From Balanoglossus misakiensis (Eukaryota > Animalia > Hemichordata): a stretch of 64,000 bases of DNA. Below, one piece after another: positions 1 through 13,100 of this stretch (its first letter is position 1; every line of letters starts with the position of its first letter). The notes under the pieces are model-generated. The model was not told the origin of the DNA, searched no databases, and was given only the letters and a program-made list of their open reading frames with translations. Made by a program: the position numbers and the translations under genes. The stretch covers positions 9,193,612-9,257,611 of the forward strand of contig CM082594.2 of assembly GCA_040954595.2 (NCBI GenBank), written 5' to 3'.

Positions 1-2735
1 AACAATACCACAATAAACCAGTCGCTTTTATTCTCTCATAATTTTGAAGACAGATATAAATTTTGAGTATATTAACCTGAAAACTATATACCAGCCAGTG
101 TTCCTAACAATGTAAGGCTGTCATAGATAATGTGTGCAATACATTTTTATAATCAGGCTATTTGGAAACAAAACTAACTACAGAGCCATTATTTCACAAA
201 TTAGTTTTCGACTGAAAGACAATTCAGGCATAACTTGTGCCCCGAATAAAACCATCATATTGTAATATAAATGAGACAAAGCCAGCAATGTAACAAGGCC
301 ATATTAACACACTGAATTATTCAAACCAATTCTCAGAGCTGATCACAATCGTTGCCTACATTTCAATTTCAAAATAAATATAATTTCATTTCCCAATTAA
401 CCTGAGACAAGCAAATGAAGTCAATTACAAGGTTTATACACTGTATGTACGCTGCACTTTAATGCAATACTGGATTAATTTGTCTTTCTGTTGCAGATAG
501 GCACATTCCCAAAATTTTACGTTTTACGTAAACCGAATTTCAGTGGAAATTATCGTAAATTTGCAGAAGCATTAACTGCAACATGTCTTGATACTGACGC
601 AAAAGAGAGTAATTAAATTAGAAACTAACCTTGGCTGTATAAAATTCTGCACAAAAATCCTCAAATATGTGATTTATTCCCCTTTTACCAGCATATTGTC
701 GATTTCCGACCACTGGGAGTTGCGAAATTTAGACCAGATCAGGTCAGCTGGGGGTGGTAATCACTATCTACCTATATCTCAACATCTCCGATAACGAAGT
801 TAATTTTGAATGTTAAATAGAAGAAAATGGAATAGGTAATGAGATCAGGCAGTCAAACACTGCATAAATGGGGAGAAAAAGAAAGCGCTAAATTGATGAA
901 GAGTTGGAAAAGATAGGCCCTGAACTATTTAAATAAGGTGAGACACTGGATTCTAATGAAATATTAAGAAAAATCTCAACATAATATATGGAATCCGAAA
1001 TTATCGGAAGAGTGAAAAACTGGAATTAGGGTATTGGAACGAGTCAGCTTGATACAATGTACTACTCACGTATACTGCAATAAATTACGTGGGGTGTGTT
1101 GGCCGCCAAATTAATGTGTAAGTCGTACACCTTGGCAGAATATGTGATTGTCTAACACAGCCGTAAAATGTGTAAAATACGCGTTGCCTGTTTCCCTTGT
1201 GAGTTGCAGAGATTGTACAGAGCTTATACAAAGGCCTGTAACACTCTACAACCAGTCATGACACAATGATAAATGACTACCTGTCTATCAGACCAACTCC
1301 GACCATTCCACGAATTTATCTTTTTTCGTGTCGGCATACTTGTTCAATTTTCGTAATAACATTAAGTACATTTGCTAAGATGAGGTAGTACGTACTTAAA
1401 AAGTCGACTTGAACTTCCCCTTTACAGAAAGTCGTAAGTTTTTGCGTAGGTATAGTAAGAGGGAGCTTAGAACTCCGACTTTAAAAAGTCAAGGTTGTCT
1501 GATGAAACAATATTAATGGAAATAAAAAAAATATTTACAATTTATGAATAGTTTAATGAAAGACTCAACATCACATCCTCTTGGGAAATGATAAAAAAAA
1601 TTAATAACTGATATAAGCTTTTTTGTGGAGGGTTGACAATGGTACGGCTCTAGGTTATGTTTCGTACGGATTATACAGCGTGATCGATGTTATCGTGCTC
1701 GGGCAGACACTTGGGAGGAACACTGGCCATGCATTTTTTCGAGGCTGTACTGCGTGTTTTTCCGACATTTTAATTTGAAAAGAGAGTGGGTGCTTTTCCC
1801 CAGTTTTTATCTTATCACAAAAATGCGTTCTGTACTTGAAAAGCCAGCTGGTACAGATCGACAATCCACTCTATCATTGAAACTGCCTTAGCAACGCCCT
1901 CCCAGTCTGCTGGTATAGCCTACTTCATTATCGTAAAAAAAAAATTCAAAAACGTACAAAAATATCGTGCTTCGACTAAAGTTATACACTATTAAAAGAA
2001 GACAGACCTGGCGAGATTTTAGACCTGGTAAAATATTTATTAGATTTTGCTTGACACATGGATTGCGTTCAATTGACAACCGACAAAAACCCAGTTCCCG
2101 TTCACGTCCAGCCAGTTTAATGTTTGTCAATTAAAATTAATAGTATAGTGCAGCGCTGAACACGCTTGATATTTCTCACCTAGTTTAATAAGGCCTCTAA
2201 ATTGTAAACCTGTCCGGTGTATGTAGTACGCGACATCTATTACGCGGTGTCTGGTACGATATTTGACATGGCCAGGCCGCGTAGGATCGATGCGCTCCCG
2301 TTTCTCAATTGTAAACAACACAGTTCACACGTATTGTCTACTTGATAATGGGCCGCCTTTGTTTTTCATCGACTCGCCGACTTGTAACAAAGGCGCCCAA
2401 TCATATGTGATGACAAAAGAAAATCGTGCGCGGCACGCGACCGAAGCAATTTCTGATCAAATGTTTGATCGCTGATACATAGGGGAAAAACACACACAAC
2501 AAAAGAGGGGACGGAGAGTTTAAATATTTCGTAGCGTAGAAACGACGATCATGTGTTGTTCTTTGCTGTCAGTGTGAGAACGATGACGAATCGATCGGCT
2601 TTGTGCACTCGGAATTATTCAATTAGCCATGAAAATTATTCCGAAACGCCACACTGTGAACGAAATTGTGCAGAGGTTTTGACAAATGAATGAAAATAAA
2701 AAAGTAGTCATTGAAACATTGATGTTGGTACGTAC

Positions 2736-3257
2736 CCCTGGTAGTGTCTTCTGTTCATGAAGGGCGCTTTGAGCTCGGAGAGCACTATCTCTATCACAGT
2801 ACGTCAAGAAAGCGCAACCTACGGGGAAAAACAAAGGCGGCTCCGTTATTAAATCCGCGTATATTTTGGAAAATCTTTTGTTGAAACGGACATAGGCCGC
2901 TGTGGAATCAAGTCACGATTTTAATTCATTCAGATATTCGCGTTGAAATAAACAATCGACGAAATAATATTGCACATGGTAATATAATAACATGTTGTGG
3001 TACATCAAGCGTATATACTCCATCAACTCACCCTTATGCATGCCTGTGAAGCGATCCTTCAGAACTGTCAGTTCATAAATTCGTCCGTACTCTTCGAAGA
3101 GTGGCCGCAAGTCCTTTTCTTCCAAATTCCGGGGAATCTGGCCAACAAAAAGCTTGATGGCGTCATGATCTTTCAACGGGATCGTTTGCGGTGGGTTAGA
3201 AACTCCGTTTTTTGCGCTGTCCCCACCGCTAGTCTGGACTGCAGCCATGTTCGTCAT
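2736..3257 (-). CDS. CELF4: CUGBP/Elav-like RNA-binding protein (CELF3-6 class, CELF4-like), first two coding exons 3257-3032 and 2818-2736; gene continues beyond the left edge
   Basis: Spliced translation MTNMAAVQ...[52 protein letters not shown]|[27 protein letters not shown] matches RRM1 of the CELF3-6 class. Donors G|gtgagt and GGG|gtacgt; acceptor ccgtag. Confidence 0.93.
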
Positions 3258-5787
3258 TGTCGGAAATCGAGTGACACACGGAATGAGTGTAAAAGGCGCT
3301 GCGTTTTGAATATAGCAATTATGTAAATAAGATGTTAATATATCTAAATCAGATGGAAATTGATTAAAATTGACATTTTTCCCACCATCCACAGCGAAAA
3401 TTTGCATGAGAATGGAATTATGGCATCGCCTACCATAATAATTTTTCATTATATTTGTCAAAGCGTAAGTATATTCAACATGCGCACAGTCAATGAATAC
3501 TGAACCGACAGCCCCACTCTAAAGTTCATCTCTGAACATACAATCGCTGTTTCTAAATTTTCGAAGCCAAAATTTTCGCGAAAGCATATCGTTGACGGTG
3601 TTCTGTCCCTTTTCCCTGGTGGGAGATTGATACAATCACGAAACCAATGGCCGTTTTACGTTTTATTTTCCTTTTCACCATGTGACAAAGGTAGTTGCAA
3701 ATTGGGGTCACGGGTCTCGACGTGACCAGATTCGATGAGAAACCGCAGTCCAATTTCCTTGTCGACGTTCAGATGAGTGGCTGATTGCAAGCAGCGTGGT
3801 TGCCAAGCACGATAGAGAAGTGCGACATCTGATGTCCACTATTTCACTCAACTTCTGTGACTGACATCATGATTTTAGGGATTGTCCACGGATATATCGA
3901 ACTTAACGAAATATCTCAGATATAGACTAATCTCCCCCCCTCCCTCCCCCTGTCCCTGTCTCTCCCACCCCCACACACATACACACCCGGTTGCATTCGA
4001 GAACAAGCTTAGTTAAAATACATTTCATGAAACCCAATCTTGCCACTAACAGAACATCACCGTTAACAAAGGCCTGACCTTGTCCTTTGTCAGTTTGTGA
4101 TAAATTACCAAAAGCGTCATTAGTCGGGATACCAGCGAGAGCGTATTGTGAAATTTCAGATCTTATGTAATGTGGATTTAAGTCCTAGATAATAGAGACC
4201 AAGCTCTTTATTTCGAAGTGCACATGAATCAGCAACTTACTACAAGATCCAGAATTATTTCGTTAGAAACTAAATATTCTTCAGTGGAGGCTGAAATAGA
4301 CCGGTTAATTGACAGTAGGTGTAGCCCGACATGTTATTGTCACGGTGTATAACAGTTTTTTCTTGTCATTCTTGTTCGGTGTACCATTAAAAGAGTGGTG
4401 ACTGAAACAAAAAACTTCTAATAACAAAAGAAATCAACCTCTCAACATAATACAAGGCACGTGCCAACCTTTAAAGGGTCAGTGTCGTTGCCGTTAAAAC
4501 TGGGGAAACCTTCAGAATTGGGATAGCAGCGGTCGTTTTTATTTCGGCTAAACAAGTCAGACAATGGAACCAAAATCTGGCTATAAAAGTTATAGGCCTA
4601 CATATGTCACAAAAAACGTCAAAGACGCAGATTGTACGGTCGACTTTGGCGTATGGCGATGTATGATTGTCTTCTACGTTCTCTCTCTCTCTTATAAATT
4701 TCGAATTCTGCTTTTGCTACAGTCCAAGGCAACTGAAAGTTTGATAATTGACAACTGGAACGATTGCGGGAGAAGGGGTTAGAGTTTGTTACGGCCAAGC
4801 TAAATAATTCTGCGAATTCAATGGATCTATGAAAATGCAATGTTTGCACAGTGTGAGTTCGCCGCATTTTCCCAACACAAAGGGCCTCATTTGCCAGAAT
4901 ATCAGATTCCAAGCAGGCTCTGTACTGAAGTTTCAAAAAACACATTTTATCACCAAGGAAACGTGTATACCAGTCAAAAGCCAAGGAGTTTAAACATTAT
5001 TAAAAGTTAATGACCATCCTACATCAGATGTTTCGGCGAAAATAAATTTCCATGGCAAAATATCCAGTGATTTAACGAACAAAATAGAAAAAGGAATTGG
5101 GGTGTGGCCGAGTTTATATTTCTAGGCGGCGAAAACATAAAGCACAGGTCAGCTTTACCATGAACGCGATTAAAGTTAATTCGTAAGGTGAAGTCAGTAA
5201 AGGACGTATTCTGATCGGTAATTTAAAGAGACCAATGATCATAAACTGTAGATTTATTCAACTGACAGACTGGAATTGTTTTCAATTGAAATGTAGATTT
5301 CATTTCCTTCCCCTGTGACGTCACGGGTCCGAAATGCTCTCAAAGGCAATTTTAAAAGTCTAATATTATGTCAGTTTCGTTTAATAAATCGTTAATTTAT
5401 TTGCGAACTTCCTGGCGATGTAGGTATTCATTTGAAATTAAAGCACAGCTTCAATTACCCATTTAGTTGATGACTGGCTGTAATGAAAATATCCGACGAG
5501 CTAAATAAAAATACAACCACGATTTTTTAAACAGTGTACTTTCTGTGTTCTATTGCAGTTTGTCGCTATGGTTACAACTTCCGATTGTGACGTTTGCACG
5601 GTACGCGTCTTTACAAGTTAACCTGTCCAAGATGAATTTTTGCGACCTTGACCCGACTGTCCTGTGAGTGTACTGTTTGAGTCAGGACCCTCTGTGAGTA
5701 ATGATCTGTTGGGTGACCGTACATGCATGTACAGTCACCAAACACTCTGTTTGTCATACTACATGTATATGAAGTAGCTTCAGCACA

Positions 5788-5827
5788 ACATCTTCATCAT
5801 CATCATCATCGTCGTCATCATCGTCAT
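5788..5827. repeat. Imperfect (CAT/CGT)n microsatellite
   Basis: catcttcatcatcatcatcatcgtcgtcatcatcgtcat. Confidence 0.7.
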
Positions 5828-8767
5828 TAATATTAGTACATGTATTGGTATTGTCTGCTGTTGCGGATTAAAGTTTGGTGTTTCAGGCCTAGTACTAGTA
5901 TATCTTGTCATTCAGAGGAGGAATGGTCTTAAAAGACGAGAGGAATCAGAGAGGTCGAACATAAGACGCAGTGTACTGCAGGTGGCGCTATAATTAGCCT
6001 CGAGAAGTCCGTGGAATGGAGAACGACTTTCTTGTCGCTTTTTACATACGGCAAGAATACATGTAACAGGAATGTGAATTTTCTCCTTCGGCAGAGACCT
6101 CCGAGTTGCATGAAACCGAACAGCTCTCACTAGACAGCTCTTGTGACAGTTTTATGATATAAATATGCAATTTTAATAGTTCATCTGCATAATATGAAGC
6201 ATCGTTGCTTATAACTGAAGTGATAGTTACGGGTCATTTCGTCACTGGGGATTACACAGGAAGTTTCAAACGTACAGGTGGGATTTGGAGCGGGTACTTC
6301 TATGCAAATCTCGCATTGTCGTGGACGTTTAATGTTGATTAAACGGTTGTTGTCGTCATAAAATAGGTAGTGAGGAAACGGAGTTATTTTAGTAAGCGAT
6401 ACGTGAATGTCGCGTTGATATCACTGATTGTCACTTGAAAGTTACCATCTTGTAGGCCTGTACGTAAAATGTAAAGCACAACAAAATGAAACTACATATA
6501 GGACAACAAGCCACCCCCGCCCGGAACCCCCCCCCCCCCCGGGCGGGCCTTTCCTTTGTTCTGACTGATGAAAGACCTGGCCGGAACTATCGCTTCAGTA
6601 CCCACTTCACTCATTTCATAATGACGTGTTAAATCGCGCTCTTTACTACAAGGTGTAATTTTCACTTTCTTTTGTGAGTGTCCCTTTCAATATGTAAATC
6701 ACAAGTAATACAGGCCTAATCACGTGTCCTTGACGTGGTTGTCATCAGTTTTCATTGAGGAAAAGTGAAAAACTGGCACGGTGTTGCTAAGATCTCCGCA
6801 GCAGGCGTCAGACACGATAGCGCCATCTATAGTGTCGTGATAAACAAAATTGAAACTTGGCTTTCACTGACGCCGAATGAAGAGCCAAGCTGCACTGCAT
6901 CACAGGTGCTTTCAAACACTGGTTGTTAGAACAGATAAAAAGCGACCTGAATATGAGATGTGGTACATAAAGTCCACATTCATATCTCGAAGAAAGAGAT
7001 TGGATCGGAAATAATTGACCACGTCTTCAAGTTGCAAATGCCGGCAGAATCTTCATTTCCTATTGTCGTCGTTCCCGGCACATGCCATCGAATGGAACTC
7101 GCGGGGCAAAAAGTTAATGAGATTTTTGGCTGATGAAAAAATTCTTCCTCGAGAAGAACAAAATACCAGAAACAATATATATCACCCACGCGGAATTAAA
7201 CAGATACGTCAGTCAGTTATGGTCACTTAAAACATGTCGATTTCTTTTGTGGACGTGGGAACTATTGCAATCAACGCACCCGATCACATGAAAACGGGCG
7301 ATAACGCGTTGTTTTGTAAACGTATAGGTAAACTACGCACCGCATCGCAGTTTTGACATATCTCTGCGTTTTTTACACCATGGTGCGGATTTGTCTTTTG
7401 TGGTTTTATGTCTCCTCGGGTGTGAAGGGAGTGGTACAAGACATGCAAACTTTACATGTGATTCCGGCAGTACAAAACATTCAGGCGACCTCAGATAGAG
7501 CAGAGAAAGAGCAAAAGCGATATTATTCAGTCTAAAGAATTCTACACACTTATAAATCAATCATAGATAACCTCGTGTTCAGCTCTATTCTCTAAAATCT
7601 GTACCATAACAATGGTTGATTTTCAATACTTCGTTAATCCCGGAATATGTGGGATTAATGGGACAATGGTATGAATACGATTTAAATCCTGTTGTACAAG
7701 CACTTCGACACGGTAGCCACGTGGGGGAAAGTTCCTGGGTGCATGGATGGTGTGGTATTTCGCATAAGATCGATAATTTTGAGAGGCCCTAAAATGTCTT
7801 CACTATCACCGCTCTCCAGTACTGGCCTACGTACAAAGAGACGTGGTTTTATCAGTAAGAGTAAACAGTTATGGTAGAACAGGCTTGTGGTACAAAAGAG
7901 TCTTATCTGTGGTCGTTAACACCCGGCAAACAGCAACATTTGCGGGCACGTTTACCTACTATTCATCTCCACCAAACGACAAACACAGGAGCAGGTGCAA
8001 CGGGCCGGTCAATTTGTTCGTTTTGTTTGATGAGCAAATATTTCCCTTTGATTTGAACTTGATTAGAGTGGAACTGATTGATTCTATTCCCACTTCTTCG
8101 TTTCCGGTAGGTTCGCTACCATAGCAATATCAGCATGATCAACAATTATAGTATTTGACTAGGTTACCCCCTGCTGCCTTTGTCTATGCACACGGTAGAT
8201 AGACAAGCTAGGCGTGGCCACGCGACACCATACGTTTATCTCAAGTTCAAGTTAAGTATATAGAAACATAAGGACCATGCCAGTGTCTTTTCATGGTCTT
8301 GCGCCCTCTACAGCCCAGTTTCATGGTCTGATGCACAGTACACACGTTGCCATGGGAAAACTTTACGGTGTCCCTGTTAAAACTGCACTTAGTTGTGTAC
8401 ATACTTTTGTTCTGTTGAGTCAAACTGAAAGCAAATTGTTGTTCAACGTAAATCTCAGTGTAAATCTGGAAACAAATATTTCTAGAAAATGCATCATATG
8501 AGGCATAGAGTGATAGACAAGCAACTTTCACAGTAGCCTACTCACTGCTTCTGAGGGTGTAACGCGTGCCTTTTTCATTACTCAATGATTCAACAGGTGG
8601 TTTAAGTTACGGATTTACAGTGGATGAATACAAGGCTTTTTTAACGATGATGTTCTGTCAGATCAGTAAAGTTGGCGTTAGGGTGCAGAGCATGGGAGAG
8701 AGAGAGAGGGTAAAATCCACAGCCACACCACCACTTTGAAAGATGACAGCTCACAAACAAACATGTA

Positions 8768-8815
8768 CTCAGTCACTCATTCATTCATTCACTTACTTAC
8801 TCACTCACTCATTCA
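8768..8815. repeat. Imperfect tetranucleotide repeat (CATT/CACT)n
   Basis: tcactcattcattcattcacttacttactcactcactcattca. Confidence 0.65.
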
Positions 8816-9008
8816 AACTTCCGGGTGACACTAACAAATCGTCAACACGAATGGAGACATAAAAAGGTCATAGTTGGGACGACTACAGAAGAAAAGTGAT
8901 CACACAATTTTCTATTGTTCATTTCATTCAGGGCTATTGTTCAAATTTGCATATGCTAACACACCCTCTGTTGTATATGAAATACGGCATGCCTCTGCCA
9001 ACAACGTT

Positions 9009-9094
9009 GTCTCCGTGGCGCAACGGATAGCGCGTCGGACTTCTAGCGGATGTGTGATATTCGGAGGCTGTGGGTTCGAATCCCACCGGAGACG
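9009..9094 (+). tRNA. tRNA-Arg(TCT) with a 13-nt intron (9046-9058)
   Basis: Acceptor stem GTCTCCG/CGGAGAC, A-box TGGCGCAACGG, anticodon arm TCGGA-CT-TCT-A[intron]A-TTCGG, T-loop GGTTCGAATCC. Mature length 73 nt; a T-run Pol III terminator follows directly. Confidence 0.93.
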
Positions 9095-10133
9095 ATATTT
9101 TTTGGTGACAGTTATGAAATATACCAAGCTTTTTGGTTGGCCGTTGTTTTCGACATACACAAACTTCTGTTTGTTTATTTTACTCAGGTACAATCTCATT
9201 TTTTGATCTGTAGTTATTTGTATACTGTCAGGTATAAGTGTGAACTTTGACATGTTATTTTGACCGTAGGCTATCATCATGATTGAAAACTTTTAGGTTT
9301 CTATTTTTTTAAAGGCTTGACACCTTGTTCATATCCCAGGCCCTGAAATCAATCGCAAGGATGCCCCAAAATATAGAATACATGTACCCTCTCCATGGCC
9401 AGAAGCTGTGAACGCCTCCCACCCATGATCCCGCCTAAAACTCATAATGATAAACTTATGTACTCACAGTTTTTGGTGCTACACGTAGATACTTCTGCTT
9501 GTAGGAGGGATATTCACCTTGCTCTTTTCTGTTGTCATGATCAGACGCCAAACTATAAAAAAAAAAACAAGTTCATGCCGCGTTTTTTTTTTTTTTTGCA
9601 ATCCGACGAGCCCGCAGACGTCTCCCGCCGTCCCTGCAGGATTTCACAAGTGAACTTGCAAAGGTGGAGTTCCGTCGTCTGCAAGCTTACCGTTTACATC
9701 GTTGTCTCCCTGTTCCGAGTCATCATTTTCACTGTGATCGCATTCTGAGTCCAAAATATATACAGTCCGTCGCATCGGCATACACTTCAAGTTGCTGTTG
9801 CTACGGCTGGCAGTAGCAGACGAAAACTTCAGAAAGTAGTCATAGTAACAATTTGCATAATTGTACGTTACGTGAAATAATTTTCTATGGAAACATAAGT
9901 TAATGGCACGTGACTTGTTTAAATTAATGCATCGACGTGCGTGAGAATGCATCGAGAAAAAGTTTATTCACTAATTTCCATTCCTCTTTTTAAATTTTTC
10001 CTGAAAAAGTATCAAGCTTTATGCACGCGACGTATCCGAGACACGCCCCCTTTCGAATGTGACTGCGTTAATTGAATTGAGCATGCGTATTTCAGCTCGT
10101 CAGGACATCAACACCAGAACACATGCAAGCAAC

Positions 10134-13100
10134 ATGGCGGTCAAACTCGCTGCGGTGCTCCTATTTTTGACTTCTGGATCGCTGGTGCTGGCGGGCGATT
10201 TACCGGAGGTGCTGACTGGTGACGATCTAACAAATCTTGTGAAAGAAGGAAAGAGGGTAGTCGCAAATTTCGGTGAGTATTTGATGGCATTGTCGACCTC
10301 CATCACCCATCTGCCGATGAGAACGATTCTCATCATTCCACGTATTAATGAATGATGCAAGTCTGCAACAGGTCGCATGCAAATAATGTACCTGTACATT
10401 TAACTTTTCTCGGTTACGCATTTGCTTTTTCCGAAACCGGAAAAGTATGTGCATAATGTTGAATTCATTACAGTATATTTCACTGCATCATTTGAAGGAC
10501 GAAAAATAAGTTCGCCAGTATCACATTCACATGTATGATCATCACATCGAAGGGTGTGGTCTTTGTGTTGTTATTTACCAATGCGGGATGTTTTTATTGC
10601 ATCCCCGGGAAATAATGATGGCAGACCTGGGAATTTGTCTGCGTAGGAGAGCGTTTATTATGAGAACTCACAGTGTGTTTGATATCACCAGCAAAAGTTA
10701 AATATATAATTTAAATCTCATGAATAAAATTGCAAAGTGTTATGAAGTGGATGTGCATATGTAAATCAAACCAGACAGTGTGTTCAAAGTTTTAAAAATA
10801 TTAAAAGTACAACTTTTCAGATGAAATTCTAAATTTTAGATTTTAAAGAACGACTTCTTTCTCCTTGCAGTAGGAACTTTCTATCTTTTATTTTCACATG
10901 CCCATATGGTGCCAAGTACTTTGGACCACAGCTGTTCACTCTTGGGATATACATGTAAACACAATCGATGTCATTATCAATACTGTGCTATTCATAGCAA
11001 AATTTTGAATATCACTCTCAAAAGTTTTCTTCCTCTTTTTTTTCTGTCCTTTTTATAAACTGGTTTGGTCTTGTTTTATTTTTTTAAAGTTATTTTATTT
11101 GGCAGAATATTGTGAAAGGCAGTCACCCATGATCAGCAGACAAAGGTCACCTTGTACCACCTGATCAAGCTGAAATGAAGAACCTTGAATATTAGTACCC
11201 ACCAGTAAAAAAAATAGTGTAATGCATGAAAACATGAATAGCTCTTCCAAGAGCACAGACACCCACAGAATAAAGATATGTAGTTTCTGTAAACATAAAA
11301 AATATATATCAGCACAAGGCATAAAGTCAGAATGCGGTTTTCGTTCTGCAGAATTGGAAAATAGGTGTGGCATTTCCATTGTTACTGGGAGTTTATTTTT
11401 GTTGAACAACCCTGGGCTTTTCATATCAATATACACGTTAACCTGTGTATGCTATAAAATCTATTTATGATGGCAACCATTTGCTGGCATTGACTGCTAT
11501 CTTTTTGGAAACTTCAAAAATTACATTTGTATAAATAGATTATTCTTGTATTTTCCTCACATCCGTATTTCTATGCAATATACCAGCAGGATACAGCTAC
11601 CTCTACATCTGTTCATCTGTCTGTCTGCCTGCCTGTGTACATCAGACAATATACAACGAGTCATTATATAATGTGCTTTGGAAATTATTCAATGACTATG
11701 GAAGTTGACCATCATCAGAAAATTCACAGAGTGAGAACACTATACAGCCAATAAGTGAACAAATTAGCATATGTATGTGACAGTATTCACACTCAGACTG
11801 CAACAAACAGATGTTAACCAGTGTAACCATAAATGATATTCCTGTCTGTCTATGGTCAATTGTTGCAACATATGGCAAGGTGCCTTTTCAGGAGACACAC
11901 ACCAGATAATCATCCACTTTCGGATTGTATTCACCATTTGGAATCAGTTATTCCATCGAGAGGTCAACAGGTAGAAACCAAGTTTTGGTGATATGCTCAA
12001 AGAGAATCTCAAAGCATCTGCTTCCATGCGTCGGTGAAGGCTTATACATGTACTTATCAAGTATTAATCTGTTTTACAATAAGTGGTCAGTGACATTATG
12101 GTAGGCAAGATGCACATCTGATAATGTTATCACTATCAGCCAATTTTTTTATGGCTGTAGGGAAAATTGATATCAGGCGGTGAAATCAGCCAATTAGCAG
12201 AGCCGTAGGAAAGACTCAAATCTGATAATACTGTGAGCCAATTACTGTGGCCGTAGGAAAGTTTGGTATAATGCAATACAATTGGCCAATTAGGAGAGCC
12301 AAAGGACAGATTCAAATCTAATTCTACGGATCAGTCGTCATTGCTGTCAGGTACATTCATATCTTGGAATGACATCAGCCAATTAAAAGTACGGCAGGAA
12401 AAAAAATGATGTCATGTAATGACATCAACCAGTCAGAAGTAATGTAGGACTGACTCTAATCTGGCCCAATCAGCCAATTGGAAGTGCTGTAGGGAAAAGT
12501 GATATCAGTTGAAAATCTTATCTTTGTTTGAGCCCTAAACTGGAGTGAAAAATAGTATCAGTTTGTATGGTGTGATGTATATTTGATAATGAATTTCATA
12601 TAGTATGTATGAATTGATGAGTGCCCTGACATCACACATAAACCAGACATAAATTTCCAGCTATTTCTGTCCTCATGGACAAAATCTCGTAACTCTTGTT
12701 AAACACGCGTATACATGTATCTTTTCAGATTATTTAACAGTAAACTCTGGGCAAAGTATCAGCAGTATCTACACTCTACACAATCAACTCTACACAATCA
12801 ACTTTCACGACATCTTTTGTTGTTTCTGTATATTTTCAGTCATTAACACAGATGCAGAATCAGTGAAAGCAGCGGCAGAGCTGACCAAAGTCCATGATGC
12901 ATTGCTGCCAGATCCAAATGTCGTGGTCGGTTTTGTCAGAGACCCAGAAGTTCACCTCAAGTATGGCGTGGCTGCCACACCAAGTGTCATCTACTTCCGA
13001 GACGGAGTTCCAATTCTCTATACAGGTCAGTTAGTGAAACAGGTCTTTCATTTTCTCACATTAACCTGTCAGTCCTGTCGAAACCAATCCCTGTCTCATC

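Noticed and set aside
3258-3461. In-frame N-terminal extension of the CELF ORF
   Set aside because: Similarity to CELF4 starts at MTNMAA (3257). The upstream part looks like AT-rich 5'UTR, though an extended isoform cannot be excluded.
6856-6890. Hairpin cttggctttca...tgaagagccaag upstream of CELF
   Set aside because: Too short for a pre-miRNA, lacks a ribozyme core, and is expected by chance.
8874-9280. ORFs of 110 and 118 aa overlapping 9009-9094
   Set aside because: They span the tRNA gene and show no protein motifs.
12134-12510. Repeat-spacer pattern resembling a CRISPR array
   Set aside because: It lies in a eukaryotic intron, the repeats are degenerate, the spacers are related to each other, and there are no cas genes.
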